Virus record (IMG/VR): IMGVR_UViG_3300042540_000681
Location: 1 to 64,000 of that record
DNA length: 64,000 nt
Source: an uncultured virus (IMG/VR IMGVR_UViG_3300042540_000681)
Lineage: Duplodnaviria; Heunggongvirae; Uroviricota; Caudoviricetes
Reading direction: 5' to 3' (one strand)
Below, one piece after another: positions 52,405 to 60,658 of this stretch (positions are counted from its first letter, which is position 1; every line of letters begins with the position of its first letter). The notes beneath the pieces were generated by a model that was not told the origin of the DNA, made no database searches, and saw only the letters and a program-made list of their open reading frames with translations. A program made the translations under genes and the position numbers.

Positions 52405-52846
52405 CTTATCCTTTCTCAATCTAAATACGATTAAGAACACACTTTTACAGATAGAAGCAAGTTCTCACGGACTTGTCACTAAAGGGTTTTCCACTTATAA
52501 TTATGGAATGCCTATTCTAATGTATCCAGAACTGACTGGATTGCGGAATATTTTCAAACAATATGTTAGATTATATTGTAATAAGTATGATATTCCTCCA
52601 CTCAAGTTTATCAATAGTTGGTTCAATATCTCACAAGCAGGAAATAAACTCAAGGCACATAAGCACGAAGAAAGTATTGTAAGTGGAGCATTTTATATTT
52701 CTGGAAGCACTCCTTTGATATTTCCAGATACTTCAATTCATCCTTATCCAGGACTATTGGTTATCTTTTCAAGTGATTTGGTTCATTATACAGAAGAAGA
52801 AACTGAAGAACGAATTATTATTAGTTTTAACACGGATTACTTATGA
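52388..52846 (+). CDS. Putative 2OG-Fe(II) oxygenase (TIGR02466-like)
   Basis: SWFNI..AHKHEESIVSGAFYI..PGLLVIFSSDLVH..RIIISFN. Confidence 0.8.
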   Translation: MIEEYNLSFLNLNTIKNTLLQIEASSHGLVTKGFSTYNYGMPILMYPELTGLRNIFKQYVRLYCNKYDIPPLKFINSWFNISQAGNKLKAHKHEESIVSGAFYISGSTPLIFPDTSIHPYPGLLVIFSSDLVHYTEEETEERIIISFNTDYL

Positions 52847-53628
52847 AATTTTTATTTTTAGTTGGTTCGGCACTCAAACACTTTCAAGAGAAAGATTTTA
52901 GTGCCTATGATGAGCAACAAAGATTTGAGCAAACCTTAGAAACGATTGAGTGTATTCGTAAGAAAGTTCATAATTCTTATGTGGTTTTATTTGAGTGTTC
53001 TTCTAAATCAATTGATGAAAACCAAAAAGATATTCTCAAAGAAAAAACGGATTTGTTTCTGGAGTTTTATGATGAACCAGTTCTCAAACAAATCTATGAA
53101 AATCTTGAGGCAAGACCAGAACTGATTACATACGGCAAATCACTATTAGAAACAAGAGGATTACTGAATACTCTTTATGTAATACAAAAGCATAATATTT
53201 TTAATGATAGTCAAAGAGTATTCAAATTGACTGGTAGATATTTACTGAATGATGATTTTGATATTCAAGATTATCAAAGTAAGTTCCTTGAGAATAAGTA
53301 TGTAATTAAAAAGTATGACTACCTTTCACAAGAAATGGAAAACTATGAAAAAGAACTTGAGAATGTTTATGCTTATCTCTATGGAGCAAAGGGTATGATG
53401 ATTACGGGTCTTTGGTCTTTTGATAGAATGTTATTTACTGATACTATAGAAGCACTTGAAAAAGCATTTACTTATATGGAAAAAATGATACAGTTTACTG
53501 CCGGAACTGATGTAGAACATTCACTTTATCGTTTTATCAATAAGAAGAATGTTATTGATATTCCTAATCTTGGTCTTACGATGGTCAAAGGAATGTCCGG
53601 TGAAAATGGTGGAGTGTATCATTCGTGA
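52843..53628 (+). CDS. Hypothetical protein, possible glycan-modifying enzyme
   Basis: RFEQTLETIECIR, KSLLE, RVFKLTGRYLL, VEHSLY; cluster context. Confidence 0.5.
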   Translation: MKFLFLVGSALKHFQEKDFSAYDEQQRFEQTLETIECIRKKVHNSYVVLFECSSKSIDENQKDILKEKTDLFLEFYDEPVLKQIYENLEARPELITYGKSLLETRGLLNTLYVIQKHNIFNDSQRVFKLTGRYLLNDDFDIQDYQSKFLENKYVIKKYDYLSQEMENYEKELENVYAYLYGAKGMMITGLWSFDRMLFTDTIEALEKAFTYMEKMIQFTAGTDVEHSLYRFINKKNVIDIPNLGLTMVKGMSGENGGVYHS

Positions 53629-54305
53629 AACTAGCAATCTTTTATCATATAGGACAAATGGGAATAGGTGCTTTCATTTACCAGCAACAATTACATAGAT
53701 TATATGCTTCAGGATTACTTCAAAATGCTGATTATACTTATTTTAGTGTAAATGGAAGTCAAGAACTTTTTAATGTTCCTGATAAAGTAATAGTTAAGTA
53801 TAATAAGGAGGAAGATTGGGGAACTGAAAAAACCACCTTATTAGCACTTAATGATTTCTGTAAGAATAATCCAGATTATAAGGTTCTTTATTTTCATACC
53901 AAAGGAGCAACAAAGAATGAACTTTCGGTTCAATCTTGGAGATTAATGATGGAATATTTTGTGATTGATAAATGGAAGGAATGTATAAAGTATCTAGATA
54001 CTTATACTTGTGTTGGTTCTCATTTGGGAACTATTGGGCCAAGTATTTGTGCCGATGGTTCTTTAATACCAAATGATAAGACTTATGCTTATATGGGAAA
54101 TTTTTGGTGGGCAAATGCTTCCTATATTAATACAATCAAATCACGATACTTAAACTCTGAGTGTAGAATGGAAAAGGAAAGATGGATTGGTGATAGTGAT
54201 AGTTGCTATCCAAAGACTTTATATAATGATGTATTATTTGAAGAAAATCCTTTTGAGTTTAATAATTATAGTTATTATTTTAAGGAGGGTGATTATGTTT
54301 CGTGA
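53625..54305 (+). CDS. Putative glycosyltransferase-like protein
   Basis: IFYHI, VLYFHTKG, WRLMMEYF, YMGNFWWA, ERWIG. Confidence 0.55.
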   Translation: MKLAIFYHIGQMGIGAFIYQQQLHRLYASGLLQNADYTYFSVNGSQELFNVPDKVIVKYNKEEDWGTEKTTLLALNDFCKNNPDYKVLYFHTKGATKNELSVQSWRLMMEYFVIDKWKECIKYLDTYTCVGSHLGTIGPSICADGSLIPNDKTYAYMGNFWWANASYINTIKSRYLNSECRMEKERWIGDSDSCYPKTLYNDVLFEENPFEFNNYSYYFKEGDYVS

Positions 54306-54648
54306 GTGTGGAGAATGTACTGCCTGCTGTTCTTGGTTGGTGGGCGATGCTTTTGGATGGAAGTTTGGGTGTAGTCAATCTTGTAGATTTCTAGAAGAAG
54401 GTGGTTGTGGAGTTCATAAGGCACGACCAGAAGTCTGTAGGAATTATCAGTGTGCTTGGTCTCAACATTTACTTCCAGAAGAAATGAGACCTGATAAGTG
54501 TAATGTATTGGTCTCTGTAGAACAAAATGAGAACGGGCAGTATCTAAAGGCAGTTGGAATAAATAATAAAAAGATATCTGCTGATGTAAAAGATTGGTTT
54601 ATAAAGTGGGGAGAGAAAATGAATACTCCAATTATGATATCAGAGTAG
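54295..54648 (+). CDS. Cysteine-cluster (YkgJ/CxxCxxCC-like) metal-binding protein
   Basis: RECGECTACC..CRFL..CGVHKARPEVCRNYQCAW; AAGGAGG RBS. Confidence 0.75.
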   Translation: MFRECGECTACCSWLVGDAFGWKFGCSQSCRFLEEGGCGVHKARPEVCRNYQCAWSQHLLPEEMRPDKCNVLVSVEQNENGQYLKAVGINNKKISADVKDWFIKWGEKMNTPIMISE

Positions 54649-54672
54649 TTTCCAAGTCTTTAGAGGTCCCTA

Positions 54673-55851
54673 ATGCCTACATTTTATAACTTTACGGAAA
54701 ATGGAGTTGTCTATAGTTTTGATGATGTCTTTGTGCCTGCTGATTTGTTTCGTGATGGGAACTTATTCACTTGGGGTGCTGGAGGTACTGGAATACTTGG
54801 AAATGCAGCAACAACCGATAGATCCACTCCAGTCACCACATCTGCTGGAGGAACCAACTGGAAACAAGTCAGTGGTGGGGCCGCGCATACAGCAGCAATA
54901 AAAACCGATGGAACTTTATGGGTTTGGGGTTCGGGAACTTATGGAAGACTTGGAAATGCATCAACAACCAATAGATCCACTCCAGTCACCACATTTGCTG
55001 GAGGAACCAACTGGAAACAGGTAAGTGCTGGAAATGGTTTGACAGCAGCAATCAAGACCGATGGAACCTTATGGACTTGGGGTTATGGTGCTAATGGAAG
55101 ACTTGGAAACGCAGCAACAACCGATAGATCCACTCCAGTCACCACATCTGCTGGAGGAACCAACTGGAAACAGGTAAGTGCTGGAAATGGTTTGACAGCA
55201 GCAATCAAGACCGATGGAACTTTATGGGTTTGGGGTAATAATGCTAGTGGACAACTTGGAAATGCTGGCACAACTAGTAGATCCACTCCAGTCACCACAT
55301 TTGCTGGAGGAACCAACTGGAAACAAGTGAGTTCTGGATTTGAGTTTACAGCAGCAATCAAGACCGATGGAACTCTTTGGCTTTGGGGTAAAGGATCTAG
55401 TGGTCAACTTGGAAACAATAGTAATGGCGATATATCTACTCCAGTCACCACATTCGCTGGAGGAACCAACTGGAAACAAGTGGGTGCTGCTGGATACTCT
55501 CCAGCAGCAATCAAAACCGATGGAACTCTATGGGTTTGGGGGTTTTCTTTTAGTGGAAGACTTGGAACTGGTGAGCCGCCATTTACCACTAAATTCACAC
55601 CAGTCACCACATTCGCTGGAGGAACCAATTGGAAACAAGTCAGTTCTGGATTTAATCACACAACAGCAATCAAGACCGATGGAACCTTATGGACTTGGGG
55701 TTATGGTGCTAATGGAAGACTTGGAAACGCAGCAACAACTGATGTATCCACTCCAGTCACCACATTTGCCGGAGGAACCAACTGGAAACAAGTGAGTTCT
55801 GGAGATAGTGCTCATACAGCAGCACTCACCTACCAAGACCCAGGCATCTAA
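54673..55851 (+). CDS. RCC1-repeat seven-bladed beta-propeller protein 3
   Basis: Seven repeats with the same scaffold; GAGG RBS. Confidence 0.92.
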   Translation: MPTFYNFTENGVVYSFDDVFVPADLFRDGNLFTWGAGGTGILGNAATTDRSTPVTTSAGGTNWKQVSGGAAHTAAIKTDGTLWVWGSGTYGRLGNASTTNRSTPVTTFAGGTNWKQVSAGNGLTAAIKTDGTLWTWGYGANGRLGNAATTDRSTPVTTSAGGTNWKQVSAGNGLTAAIKTDGTLWVWGNNASGQLGNAGTTSRSTPVTTFAGGTNWKQVSSGFEFTAAIKTDGTLWLWGKGSSGQLGNNSNGDISTPVTTFAGGTNWKQVGAAGYSPAAIKTDGTLWVWGFSFSGRLGTGEPPFTTKFTPVTTFAGGTNWKQVSSGFNHTTAIKTDGTLWTWGYGANGRLGNAATTDVSTPVTTFAGGTNWKQVSSGDSAHTAALTYQDPGI

Positions 55852-55874
55852 ATACTCATAACAATCAAAATATT

Positions 55875-56657
55875 ATGAAGACATTATATTTTCTTGGAGG
55901 ACTTCCAAGAAGTGGTTCTACATTATTAGGGTCTATACTCAATCAACATCCAGACATTTATGTATCACCAACATCTCCATTAGGTGATGTGGTGACTGAT
56001 ATTGAGCAATCATTCAATAAAGTAGACCAGCAGTTTACCTTTGACCGTAAAGCAATATCTTATAATGTCTACAAGGCAGTTCTTGCGAACTTTTATAATC
56101 ATATTCCAAAGTCAACAATCCTAGACAAGCACAGATTTTGGGGTAAGAACCTTGATACGGTTCAAATGTTTCTTTCAAACAAACCAAAGATTGTAGCAAC
56201 TTATCGTTCTATTCCAGAAGTTCTTACATCTTATATCTCACTGATAGAAAGAACCAAGCACGAAGATAATTTTATTGATAATCATTTGAGACGAGACAAT
56301 CTTCCAATCACAAATAACAATCGTGCTGATTATATTTGGAGATATTATGTTGCTCCATCTTATGAGAGTATGGTATATGGTCTCACAAAGTATCCAGACT
56401 GGGTTCATCTGGTAGAATATAGTCAACTCATTTCTAATCCACAAGAAGAACTCAATAAGGTCTATGAGTTTTTAGAAGTTTCTCCTCAAGACAATAACTT
56501 CAATGAGATTGAGAATGCTTGTGGAGAACAGAAAGACGAAGCCTGGGGACTAAAAGACCTTCATACCATTCGTCCAAAGTTATCTAAAATCTCACAAAAT
56601 CCTATTGATATAATAGGAGAAGAAAATGTAAAACTATATTCCAAGTTTGATTTATGA
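55875..56657 (+). CDS. Sulfotransferase family protein
   Basis: PAPS-binding GLPRSGSTLL..LNQHP, DKHRFW, RSIPEVLTS, VEYSQL..P; TAAATA at 55849. Confidence 0.9.
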   Translation: MKTLYFLGGLPRSGSTLLGSILNQHPDIYVSPTSPLGDVVTDIEQSFNKVDQQFTFDRKAISYNVYKAVLANFYNHIPKSTILDKHRFWGKNLDTVQMFLSNKPKIVATYRSIPEVLTSYISLIERTKHEDNFIDNHLRRDNLPITNNNRADYIWRYYVAPSYESMVYGLTKYPDWVHLVEYSQLISNPQEELNKVYEFLEVSPQDNNFNEIENACGEQKDEAWGLKDLHTIRPKLSKISQNPIDIIGEENVKLYSKFDL

Positions 56658-57454
56658 AAACTCATTTGTTAGTTGTTCTTCAGTCTCATTCAAAAGGAAA
56701 CCGAGATGATAGTCACGAAAGATATTGTGAAGCACCAAAGATAGAAGTATCATCAAGATGTATTTTTTCTGTAATTGATAGTCTTAACTATGCTCAAGAA
56801 CAATATCCAGATTATGAAATAGAACTCCAAATTTTTGACGACCATTCAGACCAAGAGTTTCTAGATATTCTTCAAAGATTGATTGATACGGCAAAGTTCA
56901 AAGTTAATTTGACCCATCTTGAAACTTATGGTATAATGCCTTCTATACTTCGTTGCTATGAACACGGCAGAGATTATGGAAAAGATTGGGTCTACTTTAT
57001 TCAGGATGACTTTCTTCATCAACAAAACTCTGTTGAGTTGATGATAGATGCTATTAATCAGTTTAGTTGTAATCTAGGAAAACCTGCGAGTATCTTTCCA
57101 TTTAATAAACCAGCAGAGTATCACGATCCTCAAAATACTGCTGTTCCCTGTAATCTTGTTGTTGGGAAAGACCGTTACTGGAGAACCAACATTCATCCAG
57201 CAGTGACTTTGATGACCCATAGTAGTATTATAAAACTTCACTGGGACTTGTTTTATAAAATGGGAACAAGTGAAGTGAGTGAAACGATGGAAATGGAGAG
57301 TATAGATAAAATCTATTATGAAAGAGGATATTATTGCTTTACTCCTATTCCCTCACTAGCACTTCATATGCAAACAGAATGGGATAAGGATTTCTTCCTT
57401 GATTGGAAGTCTTGGTGGAACGAATACGATTTGGAGAAACTGAATGAAAATTAA
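56654..57454 (+). CDS. GT-A fold (GT2-like) glycosyltransferase
   Basis: IFDDHSD, VYFIQDDFLH, PIPSLALHMQ. Confidence 0.65.
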   Translation: MKTHLLVVLQSHSKGNRDDSHERYCEAPKIEVSSRCIFSVIDSLNYAQEQYPDYEIELQIFDDHSDQEFLDILQRLIDTAKFKVNLTHLETYGIMPSILRCYEHGRDYGKDWVYFIQDDFLHQQNSVELMIDAINQFSCNLGKPASIFPFNKPAEYHDPQNTAVPCNLVVGKDRYWRTNIHPAVTLMTHSSIIKLHWDLFYKMGTSEVSETMEMESIDKIYYERGYYCFTPIPSLALHMQTEWDKDFFLDWKSWWNEYDLEKLNEN

Positions 57455-58139
57455 TGTATATCTAAGGCACTGTTATTATTCTAAGATACAGGAAAGTCCG
57501 GGAAAACAAAGACCAGAATGGTGGGATAAGGAAAAGGTATTTCAAAACTTCAAGAACACTCTCAATCCAGAAACCACAAACTATACACTCATTTACGATG
57601 AACACTATGGTAAGATAGAAGATACTTTCCTATCACAAGAAGAGAATGTTCATATTATAAATGCTGGTGGAGAAGCAAAGAGTTTTATTGAGACTTTGAA
57701 GTATATTCAAACTCAAAATCATTCAGCAGAAGATATCATTTATTTTCTTGAAGATGATTATGTTCATCGTCCAAACTGGGATAAGATTTTGATGGAAGGA
57801 TTTGAACTTGGTGTTGATTATGTAACTCTTTATGACCACGGTGATAAGTATATGGAGTTTTATAGTGAGTTTAGAACCAAGGTCTTACACTCAAAATCAT
57901 CTCACTGGATGGCAACTCCTTCCACCACAAATACTTTTGCTGTGAAGTTTTCAACTCTTATGAAGGACTTTTCGGTTCATCATAAATATTCTACAGGAGT
58001 GGAACCATCAGCAGACCACCAAAAGTTTTTAGAATTAGCACAAAAGGGAAGAGTTCTTATATCTTCAATTCCCGGTTATTCTACACACTGTCAAGCAGAT
58101 TTATTATCTCCCTGTATTGATTGGAAAGAATTTTTATGA
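57444..58139 (+). CDS. GT-A fold glycosyltransferase-like protein
   Basis: IIYFLEDDYVH, YVTLYDHGDKY, STTNTFA, IPGYSTH. Confidence 0.65.
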   Translation: MKINVYLRHCYYSKIQESPGKQRPEWWDKEKVFQNFKNTLNPETTNYTLIYDEHYGKIEDTFLSQEENVHIINAGGEAKSFIETLKYIQTQNHSAEDIIYFLEDDYVHRPNWDKILMEGFELGVDYVTLYDHGDKYMEFYSEFRTKVLHSKSSHWMATPSTTNTFAVKFSTLMKDFSVHHKYSTGVEPSADHQKFLELAQKGRVLISSIPGYSTHCQADLLSPCIDWKEFL

Positions 58140-58708
58140 AAGTGATGCAGATAGGGTCTAACAAAGGCGACGACCATCTATCAAAATATCTTAAAGACAA
58201 CTATAAAGAATTAGATTTTGGTTTATTTGTAGAAGCAAATCCTCTTCATATTGGTAGTTTACTAAACTGCTATTCTTGTTATGAGAATGTTATTGTAGAG
58301 AATATTGCGATAAAAGTTCCATCATATCCTGATGATAAAGTAAAACTATATTATCATGAAAATGATGGTCCAATGTATCATGTTGCATCATTAGTTAAAG
58401 AACATATATTAGTGTATTATTTCCCAGAAGGATTAAGAAGTTTTGATATTCCTTGTATAACACTTGAACAATTATTTCACAAATATGAGATTACAACATT
58501 AGATTGGTTACTTCTTGATATTGAAGGTATTGATGCTGAGATATTATTAACTACAGATTGGACTAAATACGATATTAACAAAATAGAGTATGAGAAACTG
58601 CATTTAGGTTCTCACGAAAAAGAGATTGAAAATTTATTTAAACAACTTGGTTATGCTCAAGTTGAATCTCTTGATAAAAAATACGATGTTGCTTGGGAAA
58701 AATTATGA
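58136..58708 (+). CDS. FkbM-family methyltransferase
   Basis: MQIGSNKG, FVEAN, LLDIEGID, IEYE. Confidence 0.8.
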   Translation: MKVMQIGSNKGDDHLSKYLKDNYKELDFGLFVEANPLHIGSLLNCYSCYENVIVENIAIKVPSYPDDKVKLYYHENDGPMYHVASLVKEHILVYYFPEGLRSFDIPCITLEQLFHKYEITTLDWLLLDIEGIDAEILLTTDWTKYDINKIEYEKLHLGSHEKEIENLFKQLGYAQVESLDKKYDVAWEKL

Positions 58709-60237
58709 ACATTACACTATATGCTATCTCTAAAAACGAAGAGAAGAACATTGGGAGATTTATTGAAATCTCCAAGAAGTTTATAAATACCGTTGTAGTT
58801 GATACTGGAAGCACAGATAATACAGTAAAACTACTGAAGGAAGCAGGCATTGAAGTCTATGAGCATCCACAAACGAGAGATGAATTTGATTTCTCCAAAG
58901 TAAGAAATCTGGCACTGTCTTATGTGAAGACTGACTGGGCATTTTCTTTAGACTTTAATGAGGATGTTGATGAGTTCTTTCCAGAAGGTCTTGATGTGAT
59001 TGCTGAAGAGTTCACAGCATTCAGGCACGAACGATATGATAAGGTAGGAGACCAAGAACCAACTCCAGGTCAAACTGCTCATACTCGGTTTCATAGAACC
59101 AAGAACTATACTTGGGTAAATGCCGTTCATGAAAGTCCAGTCTTCATTCCAACTGAAGAACATTTGAATGAGAGTGCAGTTGATACTACAATTAAGATTA
59201 CTAAAAATGTTCATAACACTGTAGACAAGCAACTCTTCTATCTGTCTATTTGCGAAAGAGAGTTTGAAAAAGATAAGTCAAACACTTATTACCTTTGGTT
59301 TATTTTCAAGCATTATTTTGAAGTCAAGAACCTCAATAAGGCACTTGAACTTGGTCAGGAGTATCTAAATCTTTCTAGAGCATACTTTGACCCCACCAGA
59401 ATTGATGTGTTTATGATGTGTAGTATTGCTCTCATTAGCACTCAAAATATTCAGCAAGCATCCAACTATGCCTTTCATGCAGTAAGTGAGGCAATGAATG
59501 TTGGTGGAGATGTTATGGGTAAGGCATTTACTCATCTACTTAACATCGGTAAACTCACACAGAACCCAAACATTATTGTCTTTGCTTCGGGATTTAATCC
59601 AGAGACTTTAAGACTTAAGGAAAGAATGGATGCCATTGATAAACTTTTCCTGACTAATCTAGATGATACTCCAGCAACTGCTTGGTCTGGCCATCGTCAG
59701 TTTGCCGAATGGTTAGTTTCTTATATGAAACCAGAAGTTACTGTTGACCTTGGTGTTGATTGGGGATTTTCCACATTTTCACTAGCAATTCCTAGAATTG
59801 GTAAAGTATATGGTATTGATAACTTTGTTGGTGATTCCTTTGTTGGAACCGATGAACAAAGACTTAAGTACCAGTTTGTAACGACAAAAAGAGAAAAACT
59901 TCATCTTCAGGATAATCTAACTCTTATTGAAGGTGACTTTAACGAAGTTGCAGAAACCTGGGATAAAAAAATTGATATTCTTCACATTGATGGAAGTCAT
60001 AAGTATGAAGATATTAAACAAGATTTTGAAACCTGGAGTAAATTTTTAAATGATGATGGTGTAATTTTAATGCACGATACTTGTGTAGAAAATTATAATG
60101 GAAATGAATATGGAGTAAAAAGATTTTTTGAAGAGATTGATTTACCTAAAGTAACCTTTACTCATTGCTTTGGTCTTGGTGTTGTTTCTAAAAATGCACA
60201 ATTAATTGAAACTATTAAAAACCAATTTAATCTATGA
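58705..60237 (+). CDS. Fusion: GT2 + TPR-like region + class I methyltransferase (Methyltransf_24-like)
   Basis: YAISKNEE, VVVDTGSTDNT, FDFSKVRN, VHE; helical middle; VDLGVDWGFS, IDILHIDGSHKYE, ILMHD. Confidence 0.85.
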   Translation: MNITLYAISKNEEKNIGRFIEISKKFINTVVVDTGSTDNTVKLLKEAGIEVYEHPQTRDEFDFSKVRNLALSYVKTDWAFSLDFNEDVDEFFPEGLDVIAEEFTAFRHERYDKVGDQEPTPGQTAHTRFHRTKNYTWVNAVHESPVFIPTEEHLNESAVDTTIKITKNVHNTVDKQLFYLSICEREFEKDKSNTYYLWFIFKHYFEVKNLNKALELGQEYLNLSRAYFDPTRIDVFMMCSIALISTQNIQQASNYAFHAVSEAMNVGGDVMGKAFTHLLNIGKLTQNPNIIVFASGFNPETLRLKERMDAIDKLFLTNLDDTPATAWSGHRQFAEWLVSYMKPEVTVDLGVDWGFSTFSLAIPRIGKVYGIDNFVGDSFVGTDEQRLKYQFVTTKREKLHLQDNLTLIEGDFNEVAETWDKKIDILHIDGSHKYEDIKQDFETWSKFLNDDGVILMHDTCVENYNGNEYGVKRFFEEIDLPKVTFTHCFGLGVVSKNAQLIETIKNQFNL

Positions 60238-60590
60238 AGATTACAATTCCAGTATCAGTCGGTGAATTATTAGATAAGATTACTATTTTACAAATTAAAT
60301 CTTTATTCACCGACGATGAATATGTTCAAAAGGAATTGGAAGAACTTTATAGAATTAAAAGTACTCTTACTCAATACACTTTAGAATATGAAGTGAGATT
60401 GAAGAAAGTTAATGAAAAACTTTGGAAAATAGAGGATCAGTTGAGAAAGTTGGAGAAAGAACAAAGATTTGATGAAGAGTTCGTTGAACTTGCTCGTAGT
60501 GTTTATAAATTAAATGACCGAAGAGCACAGATAAAAAAAGAAATAAATGAACTGACTAATTCAAACTATAAAGAAATTAAGATTTATTGA
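60234..60590 (+). CDS. DUF6165-like protein
   Basis: PVSVGELLDKITILQIK..VNEKLWKIED..LARSVYKLNDRRAQIKKEIN. Confidence 0.8.
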   Translation: MKITIPVSVGELLDKITILQIKSLFTDDEYVQKELEELYRIKSTLTQYTLEYEVRLKKVNEKLWKIEDQLRKLEKEQRFDEEFVELARSVYKLNDRRAQIKKEINELTNSNYKEIKIY

Positions 60591-60593
60591 AAC

Positions 60594-60637
60594 TTGATTT
60601 TTATATAAAAATCAGTTATAATGCTAAGTAATAAATA
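60594..60637 (+). promoter_or_regulatory. Sigma70-like promoter overlapped by a 20-bp palindrome, followed by a late motif
   Basis: TTGATT-N17-TATAAT; TGATTTTTATATAAAAATCA; AATAAATA at 60630. Confidence 0.6.
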
Positions 60638-60658
60638 ATCCAAATCATTCATATTTTT

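Noticed and set aside
47936..55851. Conserved ~45-nt repeats separated by variable segments resembling a CRISPR array
   Set aside because: Repeats are in-frame parts of RCC1 blades with synonymous third-position variation, and there are no cas genes
35357..55851. Diversity-generating retroelement acting on LamG or RCC1 genes
   Set aside because: No reverse transcriptase or non-coding template repeat in the window; differences between copies are not adenine-specific and include indels. An RT elsewhere in the genome cannot be excluded
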